From the NCBI RefSeq assembly GCF_000981785.2, contig NZ_CP011304.1, positions 1,860,001 to 1,892,000 on the forward strand: a stretch of DNA of 32,000 nt. Reading direction: 5' to 3'. The position numbers and the translations under genes were made by a program. The notes under the pieces are model-generated. The model was not told where the DNA came from and searched no databases. It saw only the letters and a program-made list of their open reading frames with translations. Within the stretch, counting starts at the first letter, position 1; every line of letters begins with the position of its first letter. This stretch comes from Microcystis aeruginosa NIES-2549. Lineage in GTDB: Bacteria > Cyanobacteriota > Cyanobacteriia > Cyanobacteriales > Microcystaceae. Shown here one piece after another: positions 1-7,756 of this stretch.

Positions 1-294
1 GATTCCCATACTTTTAAACCAGAACGCTTTTTAGAAAAACAATTCACCCCCTACGAATATATGCCTTTTGGTGGTGGAGCGCGTCGTTGTATCGGGGAAG
101 TTTTAGCCATCTACGAGATGAAAATCGCTATCGCCACAATTTTGGCTAATTATCAGTTAACTCTAGTTAATAATACCCCCGAAAAACCCAGCCGTCGCGG
201 TTTAACCCTTGCTCCCTCGCGAGGAGTTCCCATGGTCTTAAAAGGACGACGGGAACCTCTGGTGACTGCCCCCATGCTCGCCGAAATTTCTTAA
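1..294 (+). CDS. cytochrome P450, C-terminal part (5' end lies outside the window)
   Basis: Frame 1 is open from base 1. It carries the heme-thiolate signature FGGGARRCIG (F-x-x-G-x-R-x-C-x-G) and stops at 292-294. Confidence 0.85.
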   Translation, partial: DSHTFKPERFLEKQFTPYEYMPFGGGARRCIGEVLAIYEMKIAIATILANYQLTLVNNTPEKPSRRGLTLAPSRGVPMVLKGRREPLVTAPMLAEIS

Positions 295-319
295 AAAAAC
301 TGACAAAATATTGTACAAT

Positions 320-358
320 CAGAGTTGTGGTATCCCATATCATAACTCTGCTTTTTTG
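320..358 (+). terminator. rho-independent terminator candidate after the P450 gene
   Basis: A 7-bp stem (CAGAGTT at 320-326, AACTCTG at 344-350) is followed by CTTTTTT at 351-357. Confidence 0.6.
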
Positions 359-367
359 TAAATAAAA

Positions 368-1363
368 TTGGGGATAATTATGGTCTTAATTCGTTTAGCT
401 AAATCTTGGCAAATTTCCGAAAATGAAGTTACTTCCGAAAGTGTTTATTTTAACCGTCGTCGCTTTTTACAGGGGTTAATCGGGGCAGGAATTGCGGGTA
501 GTTCCCTATTATTAACTGCTTGTGGTAAATCCTCTTCCTCGGAAGCTTTAGAAAAAAGTTTGCAATTACCTAAAATTGCAGGGTTCAGCAAGAATCCGAA
601 TTTTTTAACGGTAAATCGCCCCATAGTTGCCGAAACTGTAGCGGGGAGATATAACAATTTTTATGAGTTCGGGGGTGGCAAAAATATCTGGTTAAAAGCG
701 CAGAAATTACCGACGAATCCCTGGACGGTAGAAGTGGGAGGATTGGTAAAAAATCCCCAGACCTACGATATAGATACTATTAAAAAAACCTTCCCTCTCG
801 AAGAAAGAATCTATCGTTTTCGTTGTGTGGAAGCTTGGTCAATGGTGTTACCTTGGCTGGGTTTTCCCATGAGTGCTTTAATCGCAGCGGTGGAACCAAA
901 ACCAGAAGCTAAATTCGTCCGTTTTACCTCCTTTTATGATCCCGAAATTACCAAAGGGCCAGGATTACATTTAGGAGCCTTACCCTGGCCCTATGCAGAA
1001 GGTTTAAGAATTGAAGAAATGGCCAATGAATTAGCTTTCTTTGCCGTGGGAATTTTCGGGCATGATTTACCCAAACAACACGGCGCACCCTTGCGAATGG
1101 TTATTCCTTGGAAATACGGTTTTAAAGGAGCAAAATCGATAGTAAAAATTGAATTTACCGCCAAACAACCCGCCACCTACTGGAACACAATTGACGCTCA
1201 CGAATACGATTTTGAGGCTAATGTTAACCCCAGTAAACCCCATCCCCGTTGGTCGCAAGCAACGGAGAAATTTATCGGCAGTAGAAGTGATTTATCTTGG
1301 GAAATTATCGAAACTCTGCCCTATAATGGCTACGGTGAATATGTGGCTAGTTTGTATAGTTAA
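368..1363 (+). CDS. msrP: protein-methionine-sulfoxide reductase catalytic subunit MsrP (YedY-type molybdopterin oxidoreductase)
   Basis: Tat-type signal NRRRFLQG. Motifs recalled from E. coli MsrP: YNNFYEF, EERIYRFRCVEAWSMVLPW, GAPLRMVIPWKYGFKGAKSIV, HPRWSQATE. The ATG at 380 is an alternative start to the TTG at 368. No msrQ follows. Confidence 0.9.
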   Translation: MGIIMVLIRLAKSWQISENEVTSESVYFNRRRFLQGLIGAGIAGSSLLLTACGKSSSSEALEKSLQLPKIAGFSKNPNFLTVNRPIVAETVAGRYNNFYEFGGGKNIWLKAQKLPTNPWTVEVGGLVKNPQTYDIDTIKKTFPLEERIYRFRCVEAWSMVLPWLGFPMSALIAAVEPKPEAKFVRFTSFYDPEITKGPGLHLGALPWPYAEGLRIEEMANELAFFAVGIFGHDLPKQHGAPLRMVIPWKYGFKGAKSIVKIEFTAKQPATYWNTIDAHEYDFEANVNPSKPHPRWSQATEKFIGSRSDLSWEIIETLPYNGYGEYVASLYS

Positions 1364-1406
1364 TTTTGATGATTATCCTCGTTTTATTCAGTTTAACTAA
1401 GTATCT

Positions 1407-1865
1407 ATGGACAATAAAACTCTGTACGAACAAGACTTTTATCTCTGGATTAGAACTACTATTAATCAACTGCAAGCGAGACAGTTTGAGCGGGTAGATT
1501 TAGAGAATTTACTAGAGGAGTTAGCAAGTATGGGAAGGAGTGAAAAGCGCAAAATCGAAAATCTTTTGATTCAATTGCTGGTACATTTGCTGAAACTAAC
1601 CTACTGGACAGGAGAAAAATCTAGAAATGAGGGTCACTGGAAAGGGGAAATTATCAACTTTCGCCGACAAATAATCGAAGAAATTAAAGATAGCCCTAGT
1701 TTAAAACCCTATATTCTGGAAATTTTTGAGGAATGCTATCAATTTGCTAGAAAAGAGGCTCAAGTTAGAACTCAATTACCCCTCGATACTTTCCCCCCTA
1801 TTCCCATTGGTTCCCTTGAACAAATTCTCGATGAAGATTGGTTTCCCACTAATAACCACGAGTAA
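1407..1865 (+). CDS. DUF29 family protein (paralog 1)
   Basis: The N-terminus LYEQDFYLWIRTTINQLQARQFERVDLENLLEELASMGRSEKR is typical of cyanobacterial DUF29 proteins. Confidence 0.8.
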   Translation: MDNKTLYEQDFYLWIRTTINQLQARQFERVDLENLLEELASMGRSEKRKIENLLIQLLVHLLKLTYWTGEKSRNEGHWKGEIINFRRQIIEEIKDSPSLKPYILEIFEECYQFARKEAQVRTQLPLDTFPPIPIGSLEQILDEDWFPTNNHE

Positions 1866-1881
1866 TATATAGAGGTAAATT

Positions 1882-2346
1882 ATGGATAATAAAACTCTGT
1901 ACGAACAAGATTTTTATCTCTGGATTAGAACTACTATTAATCAACTGCAAGCCAGACAGTTTGAGCGGGTAGATTTAGAGAATTTACTAGAGGAATTAGC
2001 AAGTATGGGAAGGAGTGAAAAGCGCACAATCAAAAGTCTGTTAACCCGATTATTAGAACATTTACTTAAACTCAAATATTGGGCGGCAGAAAGAGAGAGA
2101 AACGAAGGTCACTGCAAGGGAGAGATTAGAACTTTTCGTCTCGATATATTAGATGAACTTAAAGATAGTCCTAGTCTGAAACCTTATCTTTTGGAAATTT
2201 TTGATGAATGTTATCTTTCAGCCCGAAAAAATGCCAGTGACCGCTCTCAATTACCCCTCGATACTTTCCCCGCTATTCCCCTTGGTTCCCTTGAACAAAT
2301 TCTCGATGAAGATTGGTTTCCTGCGGGCGATAATCTGGAAATATAG
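1882..2346 (+). CDS. DUF29 family protein (paralog 2)
   Basis: Tandem paralog of 1407-1865. The first ~146 nt and last ~90 nt are nearly identical; the middle has diverged. Confidence 0.8.
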   Translation: MDNKTLYEQDFYLWIRTTINQLQARQFERVDLENLLEELASMGRSEKRTIKSLLTRLLEHLLKLKYWAAERERNEGHCKGEIRTFRLDILDELKDSPSLKPYLLEIFDECYLSARKNASDRSQLPLDTFPAIPLGSLEQILDEDWFPAGDNLEI

Positions 2347-2520
2347 CCATCAGTTAGGCTGCTCCACACTGCTGTAACAAAAAACAACTATCCACCGATA
2401 GCGATCGCTAAAGGTCGAATAATTGTAAGTTTTTGTCAAGGGGTGCGGTCAGACATAGGAATCATCGCTAGAATAAGCCTAATTGTCAGAAATTTAGTTA
2501 AACAAGGTTTTTGGCAATAT

Positions 2521-2555
2521 GCTAGTCTGGCTAACAGGCTTTTGGGGGTGATATA
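2521..2555. repeat. 35-bp direct repeat, copy A (GCTAGTCTGGCTAACAGGCTTTTGGGGGTGATATA)
   Basis: Matches 4390-4424 with 3 mismatches. The two copies bracket the lectin/PIN segment. Confidence 0.7.
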
Positions 2556-2715
2556 GGGAAAACTTCTGTCGATTGCGCCTAAATAGAGTGTTATACAGAA
2601 AGTTGACCCATATCGTTACTATGGAGAGTGTTATGCAGAAAGTTTCCGTACAATATGTGGTTAGACCGAAATAATTTCTTCATCAATCAATCTCAGAATT
2701 TTGGAGCAGTGCAGG

Positions 2716-3432
2716 ATGAGGTTTTCCAAGGCTTTGCGATTTCGGAGTATCAGCATACTCTTCATTTCTATTTTTGTAGCTTTACAAGTACACTTTTTCC
2801 CTGCTTTGCGTCCAGCCAATTCTGAGCCTGTGACATTAGGAACAGTCGCTGCAGTTGTAGCCTTAGTCAAAGCCGTTTCGGCATCAGGTTTGGCAAGAGG
2901 GGTTTGCTTTTCTGGTCTACACATGGGCGCAAAAGAATGTAGAAAGCCTTCTAGGTGTGTAGAAGCTATTGAAAGAGTTGAAAATATAGTGAATACTAAC
3001 GGTAGTTCAGAATCTGTTAGGCAACTTGAAAGTTGGATTGGAAGCGCTTCCCAAAATGAGAATTGTGCAATTTCTCTGTCTAGACATCTTACAGTAAATG
3101 TTAACATTGTTGGCCTAACACGAAGTGCTGTTGCAGAATTGGATCGTTTGAGAAATCCTACAATCACTTCTCTGACTTCAGGCAATGCACTTGTAAATGC
3201 AGGTGGTAAATGTTTGGACATTCACGCCCCAGATATGCGTAACAATGGTAGCAGAGTTCAAGTTTGGGACTGTAATGGTCAACCTCAGCAACAGTGGAGT
3301 TTTAGTGGCAATGCACTTGTAAATGCAGGTGGTAAATGTTTGGATATTCATGCCCCAGATATGCGTAACAATGGTGGCAGAGTTCAAGTTTGGGACTGTA
3401 ATGGTCAACCTCAGCAACAGTGGCGATTTTAG
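2716..3432 (+). CDS. secreted protein with two ricin-B-type (QxW) lectin repeats
   Basis: Signal-peptide-like N-terminus MRFSKALRFRSISILFISIFVALQV. The track ORF starts at the TTG at 2701. The C-terminus has two 40-aa repeats, GNALVNAGGKCLDIHAPDMRNNG.RVQVWDCNGQPQQQW, with the Q-x-W motif. Confidence 0.7.
   Translation: MRFSKALRFRSISILFISIFVALQVHFFPALRPANSEPVTLGTVAAVVALVKAVSASGLARGVCFSGLHMGAKECRKPSRCVEAIERVENIVNTNGSSESVRQLESWIGSASQNENCAISLSRHLTVNVNIVGLTRSAVAELDRLRNPTITSLTSGNALVNAGGKCLDIHAPDMRNNGSRVQVWDCNGQPQQQWSFSGNALVNAGGKCLDIHAPDMRNNGGRVQVWDCNGQPQQQWRF
3178..3417 (+). repeat. 2 x 120-bp near-identical tandem duplication inside the lectin gene
   Basis: 3178-3297 versus 3298-3417 differ at only a handful of positions. 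Confidence 0.9.
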
Positions 3433-3659
3433 AGTGCGCTTGTAATTCAGTACATTGGCTGGACTATTAGTCTAAAAAGCGCTTGCACTCGGAAGTAAGG
3501 CGAACGCTATTGGGCACTATTGTCATGCAATGAGGCACAAGCCGTCAGCTTTCTCAAGTCATCTGTGGAGGCGTTAATGAAGATAGTCGGTTAGACAATC
3601 AGCATCCAGATTTGGTAATCAGCGAGATACAATAGGCTGGATTTGCCCAATGCAACTGC

Positions 3660-4106
3660 ATGACAAAAGTATATTTAGACACCAGTGCCTACAATCGCCC
3701 ATTCGACGACCAAACCCAGCCCAAAATTTTTCTTGAATCGCAAGCCGTTGTGATAATTTTACAAATGGTTGAGACAAGAATGGTCGATTTAGTCAGTTCT
3801 TCTGTACTGGAATACGAAAACAGTCGCAATCCTTACCCTCTTAAGCAAGAAGCTATGAATCGCTATCTTCAGATGGCAGAAGCAAGACAAATGGTGGATG
3901 AAGCCATCCGACAGAGAGCTGAAGAATTGGGACATAATGGACTGAAGGCAGTTGACGCATTACACGTTGCTTGTGCTGAAGCCCTCAGGAGTGACTATTT
4001 CATCACTTGTGACAAGCGACTGATTAATCGGTGTGCGAGATTAATGCTGAAGGTAGTGAATCCAGTTGATTTTGTATTGGAGGTAAACGGTGATGATCAA
4101 AGTTAA
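3660..4106 (+). CDS. PIN-domain protein (toxin-like ribonuclease)
   Basis: N-terminal VYLDTSAYNRPFDD, a central acidic residue in VLEYE, and C-terminal AVDALHVACAE...FITCDKRL fit the PIN layout. Confidence 0.7.
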   Translation: MTKVYLDTSAYNRPFDDQTQPKIFLESQAVVIILQMVETRMVDLVSSSVLEYENSRNPYPLKQEAMNRYLQMAEARQMVDEAIRQRAEELGHNGLKAVDALHVACAEALRSDYFITCDKRLINRCARLMLKVVNPVDFVLEVNGDDQS

Positions 4107-4305
4107 GAATGAGCAACAAGTTTTACAGGAAGGGTTATGTGTTCTGTTTATGAACATGGAGCCATCGAAGGTTACTCGATTCTGGGCGGCTTGTAATTCA
4201 GGAAGTGGAGACTACCTAAAACTTAAGGAAGAACTTTTCGGTCAAGAATCAGTAGCAAGTCTATACGACAAAATTTTGAAGTTTCAGGAGTCGAAGCCTA
4301 ACTAG
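4090..4305 (+). CDS. small hypothetical protein, translationally coupled to the PIN gene
   Basis: Overlaps the PIN gene by 17 nt. GGAGG lies upstream of the GTG/ATG at 4090/4093. No recognisable motif. Confidence 0.45.
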   Translation: MMIKVKNEQQVLQEGLCVLFMNMEPSKVTRFWAACNSGSGDYLKLKEELFGQESVASLYDKILKFQESKPN

Positions 4306-4389
4306 ACCGTTAGACGTTGGTACCTTCTCATAAAACCTTACTTCTGCCTACTTTTCAAGCTTTTTGTCCTGTACTTAGGTTTGCAGTAG

Positions 4390-4424
4390 GCTAATCTGGC
4401 TAACACGCTTTTGGGCGTGATATA
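4390..4424. repeat. 35-bp direct repeat, copy B
   Basis: Matches 2521-2555. Contains the small hairpin CACGC-TTTTGG-GCGTG. Confidence 0.7.
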
Positions 4425-4450
4425 AAGATAGTATAGGTGACGGTTTATCT

Positions 4451-4806
4451 GTTGACATCCTCGCCGCCCTAAAAGTGCGGCGATTCCTAAACCTCACGAT
4501 TTAAGTTTCTGCTTCCACCACCGTCGCATACCACAGTTAAAAAACCATGTACTGTCTTACACAGAGTCCACAGACTTTCGCCCCATTTCAGAAGCCCGAT
4601 TCCGTGTGTCCCACGGTACGTTGACCGCCTATAGCTTCTTGTACTTGTTGCGCGCGACTTTTTACCCGGCCAAGCTTTTCTGGTCGGAACCCCCTAAGCC
4701 GAGTTTTCAAGGTGCTGCGCCGTCCACTTGGTTTTCGAGACTGGCCTTTTAATTCTAACGTAAAGCCAACCTAGAACGGCGGGGTTTCAGACCCAAAATT
4801 TCCGAT
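4451..4806 (-). mobile_element. 356-bp non-autonomous (PATE/MITE-like) derivative of the IS200/IS605-family element seen at 22401-23723
   Basis: Read on the minus strand, it starts ATCGGAAATTTTGGGTCTGAAACCCCGCCGTTCTAGG, matching the left end at 22401. It ends GAAGCAGAAACTTAAATCGTGAGGTTTAGGAATCGCCGCACTTTTAGGGCGGCGAGGATGTCAAC, matching the right end at 23655-23723. There is no long ORF. Confidence 0.75.
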
Positions 4807-4827
4807 GAAGAATATAGAATTACTCTA

Positions 4828-5070
4828 ATGAAACTAGATCGTATTACGAGCCATCCAAACCGTATGAATGGGCAACCCTGCATTCGTAATCTTCGCCTTA
4901 CGGTTCGTCGAGTGATTGAGCTACTGGCAACTTATCCCGATCGAGCAGAATTACATCAAGAGTTTCCCGAACTGGAGGATGAAGATATTCGACAAGCCCT
5001 AATTTTTGCCTCTTCTTACTTGGATGATCGCATCATTGAACTTCCTAATCGCTATGAAGCTGTTACTTGA
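4828..5070 (+). CDS. DUF433 domain protein (antitoxin-like)
   Basis: The motif MNGQPCIRNLRLTVRRVIELL is typical of DUF433. Confidence 0.8.
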   Translation: MKLDRITSHPNRMNGQPCIRNLRLTVRRVIELLATYPDRAELHQEFPELEDEDIRQALIFASSYLDDRIIELPNRYEAVT

Positions 5071-5110
5071 TCAGGGACTACCGCTTTCTGCGGCAACTTT
5101 ATATTTTTGA
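5054..5110 (+). pseudogene. 18-codon remnant of a DUF5615 (PIN-like) partner gene
   Basis: MKLLLDQGLPLSAATLYF* overlaps the DUF433 gene by 17 nt, as in intact DUF433-DUF5615 pairs, but stops after 18 codons. Confidence 0.55.
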
Positions 5111-5147
5111 TAAAATACGAGTTAGTGAACGCAGATCTTAGGAGGCT

Positions 5148-5537
5148 TTGGCTATGGCTCCAGCATCTAATGGAAAAACTGCTATCATTCGTACAGAGCG
5201 AGGATTAACGATCGCAGGTACTCGTATCACCCTCTACGATGTGATGGATTACATAACGGAACACTATCCACCAAAGTTTATCCGTGCCATGCTGGCTCTT
5301 AATGATGAGCAGCTAAATGCTGCGCTATCTTATATTGAGACATACCGTGCGGAGGTTGAGGCAGAGTATCAGCTTGTCCTCAAGGAAGCCGAAGAACTGC
5401 GACAGTATTACGAAGAACAAAATCGTGAGCGAGTTGCCCGTATTGCTGCTAAGCCGCCAAAACCAGGCACAGAAGCCATTCGAGCAAAACTTCAAGCGGA
5501 AAAAGCCAAGTTGGCATCACGGGCAGGAATTTTCTAG
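5148..5537 (+). CDS. DUF433-like protein with a C-terminal coiled-coil extension
   Basis: Core ERGLTIAGTRITLYDVMDYI. AGGAGG lies 8 nt upstream of the ATG at 5154, which is the likely true start. Confidence 0.65.
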   Translation: MAMAPASNGKTAIIRTERGLTIAGTRITLYDVMDYITEHYPPKFIRAMLALNDEQLNAALSYIETYRAEVEAEYQLVLKEAEELRQYYEEQNRERVARIAAKPPKPGTEAIRAKLQAEKAKLASRAGIF

Positions 5538-5899
5538 TTGATCATAACTTACGAGGGCATTCTCTTGTCCTCGCCGGAGTCCTTGCTGCGAGTGGTTGGC
5601 TTGACTTGATCTCGATTCGTTTTATTCTGTTTGAAGAAGTTGGGTTAGCTGTCACGAGCGATGATCGCGTTGTTTGGCGGTATGCCCAAGCCAATCAGAT
5701 GATCCTGATCACCGCTAACCGAAGCATGAAAGGCAAAGATTCCCTGGAGCAAGTGATGCGGGAGGAAAATACCCCCACATCATTACCCGTCGTGACAATC
5801 GGTAATATTGAGCGACTACTTGCCGAGCCAGATTATCGCGATCGTTGCGTTAACCGTTTGGTTGATATTGTAGTTAGGCGTTGCATAATAGAGATATGA

Positions 5900-6301
5900 A
5901 TGGAGGAAATCAAAATGCAATGCCCTGAATGTAAATCTACCCATATCCGTAAAAATGGCATCAATAAACAAGGTAAACAAAATCATATTTGTGTAACCTG
6001 TGGCCGTCAATTTATTAATAACTATGAAAAACAGAAAGGCTATGACGAAAAAACGAAGCGAGAATGCCTAACTGCCTATGTTAATGGGATGGGATTTAGA
6101 GGAATAGAAAGGCTAAAGGGAGTTCATCATACGACCGTAATTAATTGGGTAAAATCTGTGGGAGAATTATTGCCAGTCGCCTATGACCCAGAAACAATTC
6201 CTGAAGTAGGGGAACTGGATGAATTGGAAACCTTTGTTGGCTCAAAAAAAACAAAATCTGGGTGTGGACAGCCGTTGACCACTTTAAAAAAGGAATTTTA
6301 G
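5900..6301 (+). CDS. insA: IS1 InsA-like protein (zinc finger plus HTH)
   Basis: CPECKSTHIRKNG...CVTCGRQF zinc-finger pair. An A8 slippery run lies at 6244-6251. Confidence 0.85.
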   Translation: MEEIKMQCPECKSTHIRKNGINKQGKQNHICVTCGRQFINNYEKQKGYDEKTKRECLTAYVNGMGFRGIERLKGVHHTTVINWVKSVGELLPVAYDPETIPEVGELDELETFVGSKKTKSGCGQPLTTLKKEF

Positions 6302-6609
6302 GTTGGGTAATCGGAGACCATAGTAGCGAAACGTTTCGCCCATTATGGGAATTAGTTAAGTCTTGGGGATGCTATTTTTATGTGAGTGATGGATGGTCAG
6401 TTTATCCATGTTTTATAGCAGAGGGCGACCATATAATTAGTAAGACTTATATGACCAGAGTAGAGGGTGAGAACACACGTTTAAGACATTATCTAGCCCG
6501 ATTGCATCGCAAAACACTCTGCTATTCTAAGTCTACAGAAATGTTAGGATACTCTATTCGTTTATTAATTCATTATCTGAAGTTTCAAGAAGTGCCTATT
6601 CCTTACTGA
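6262..6609 (+). CDS. insB: IS1 InsB-like catalytic part, expressed as InsAB' by -1 frameshift
   Basis: The -1 frame after the A8 run reads KKNKIWVWTAVDHFKKGILGWVIGDHS..., the usual IS1 transposase architecture. Confidence 0.85.
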   Translation: MWTAVDHFKKGILGWVIGDHSSETFRPLWELVKSWGCYFYVSDGWSVYPCFIAEGDHIISKTYMTRVEGENTRLRHYLARLHRKTLCYSKSTEMLGYSIRLLIHYLKFQEVPIPY

Positions 6610-6889
6610 TTCATAGCTTAATTCAGCAACGCCTTGTAGTTAATATTGAAGATTATCAAGGCGCAAGGCGAATATTCATTCCGTGACGCGTCGAATGCTA
6701 GAGCCATTGAAGTCTATCTGTAGGGACACGGCATAACGGGGTCTTTATACTGAATCGGTTTTTAATAGTATGATTAACTGCCAATCCAACTTGAAAAACC
6801 CGATCCCTTCTCCCCACTCTCCTATACCTTTTAAACAGGATTTAGTATGACTATAGCGGTTCTCACATCTGTGTGGCACACTTAAACCT

Positions 6890-7156
6890 TTGCTGATTAA
6901 GCTTTTCAATATCGATAATGTACCTCGTGCGAACAGGAAACGCTATATTTCCGTGATGGTCAATTCTTTAAAGGGAGTCTCTAGTCGCAGGCATGGACAA
7001 GCTGGTTATCCTAAACCGTACGGGAAAGACGCTCTTTGGTCGCCCAGTTATTTCGTCTCTTCTGTAGGAGGTGCGCCACTGGAAGTTCTTAAGTCTTATA
7101 TCAAAGATCAGGAAAAGCCGTCGTAAAACGACGGGGTTTTAACCCAAATTTTCGAT
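6890..7156 (+). mobile_element. tnpA: IS200/IS605-family end fragment: 3' third of tnpA (Y1 transposase) plus a terminal hairpin
   Basis: SLKGVSSRR...LWSPSYFVSSVGGAPLEVLKSYIKDQ is the conserved C-terminus of IS200-type TnpA (real homology from about 6946). The hairpin GCCGTCGTAAAACGACGG and GGTTTTAACCCAAATTTTCGAT match the end at 22401-22443 in reverse orientation. Confidence 0.75.
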
Positions 7157-7453
7157 AATCGAATTTGGCACGTCGGTGGCATTCGCCTCGGATACCATCT
7201 CTAAACAATCGGTCAGATCGGTGAGTGCTACGATCGCACCTAACGGTAATTTATCGCCATCGATGGACAGATTGAACGCTCGGTTGAGATGGGAGATCAA
7301 GCTTTTTCCTTGCTTGCAAAGGGGACGTTTGGCGGCGTGGATGGCCAACACCCCTCGGTATTTTGTCGGCCATCCCCTCGTCTCGTAAAGTTTGAGACCG
7401 TTTGCGACCAGAGATGCCCACGGTTGCCACAAACTGATAGCTTTAATTGCCAA
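7157..7453 (-). pseudogene. ASCH-domain gene, N-terminal two-thirds, cut by the IS200/IS605 end
   Basis: MAIKAISLWQPWASLVANGLKLYETR is the typical ASCH start. AAGGAG lies upstream of the TTG start. The ORF tail IENLG* (7139-7156) is IS-derived. Confidence 0.75.
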
Positions 7454-7469
7454 TGCCTTAACTCCTTAC

Positions 7470-7745
7470 TCATTTGTTCTTAAGAAATTCCCTGTACTCC
7501 GCTAGAACCTCCCGCGCTTTGGGGGAATCGATCGCTTCCAGTATCCCGTCGATTGGTCTGCCCATGCGATCGAGTTGTCGAATCTGATCCACCTTTTCAG
7601 GTGCAAGGTAGATCGATCGCTTGCGTTTACCGAATTCGACTTGATAGAAAGTCTGGAGATATTTGCGCCCGTACTTGGCCTGATGAGAATAAGTGGTGAT
7701 GAAATACCCTGAACCCTCCCCCCTACGACGGCGCGGACGTTTATT
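7470..7745 (-). CDS. start-less ORF fragment of unknown function upstream of the ASCH gene
   Basis: Open frame ...GSGYFITTYSHQAKYGRKYLQTFYQVEFGKRKRSIYLAPEKVDQIRQLDRMGRPIDGILEAIDSPKAREVLAEYREFLKNK* looks protein-like. It has no start codon before it runs into the 66-bp repeats, so the 5' end was probably lost. Confidence 0.35.
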   Translation of the reverse strand, partial: NKRPRRRRGEGSGYFITTYSHQAKYGRKYLQTFYQVEFGKRKRSIYLAPEKVDQIRQLDRMGRPIDGILEAIDSPKAREVLAEYREFLKNK

Positions 7746-7756
7746 CTCGGTTTCCT

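Larger units (their letters stand above)
5877..6633 (+). mobile_element. IS1-family insertion sequence, copy 1 (757 bp)
   Basis: Terminal inverted repeats GGCGTTGC.../...GCAACGCC. Perfect 9-bp target duplication TTGTAGTTA at 5868-5876 and 6634-6642. Confidence 0.9.
5537..6686 (+). pseudogene. DUF5615/PIN-like toxin gene interrupted by IS1 (5' part to 5876, last 14 codons at 6643-6686)
   Basis: The frame is open upstream of the track ORF (5606-5899) and reads (I)TGRNFLVDHNLRGH..., the usual DUF5615 N-terminus. There is no ATG; an ATC sits at 5516. Removing the IS and one TSD copy restores ...LVDIVVNIEDYQGARRIFIP*. Confidence 0.7.

Noticed and set aside
368-1363. msrP lacking a downstream msrQ as a possible anomaly.
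   Set aside because: Stand-alone msrP/yedY-like genes occur in many bacteria. Nothing in the sequence suggests disruption, so this looks like ordinary housekeeping context.
2661-3221. 186-aa minus-strand ORF overlapping the lectin gene.
   Set aside because: It is antisense to an ORF that has a signal peptide and QxW lectin repeats. It has no motif or ribosome-binding site of its own. It is treated as a shadow ORF.
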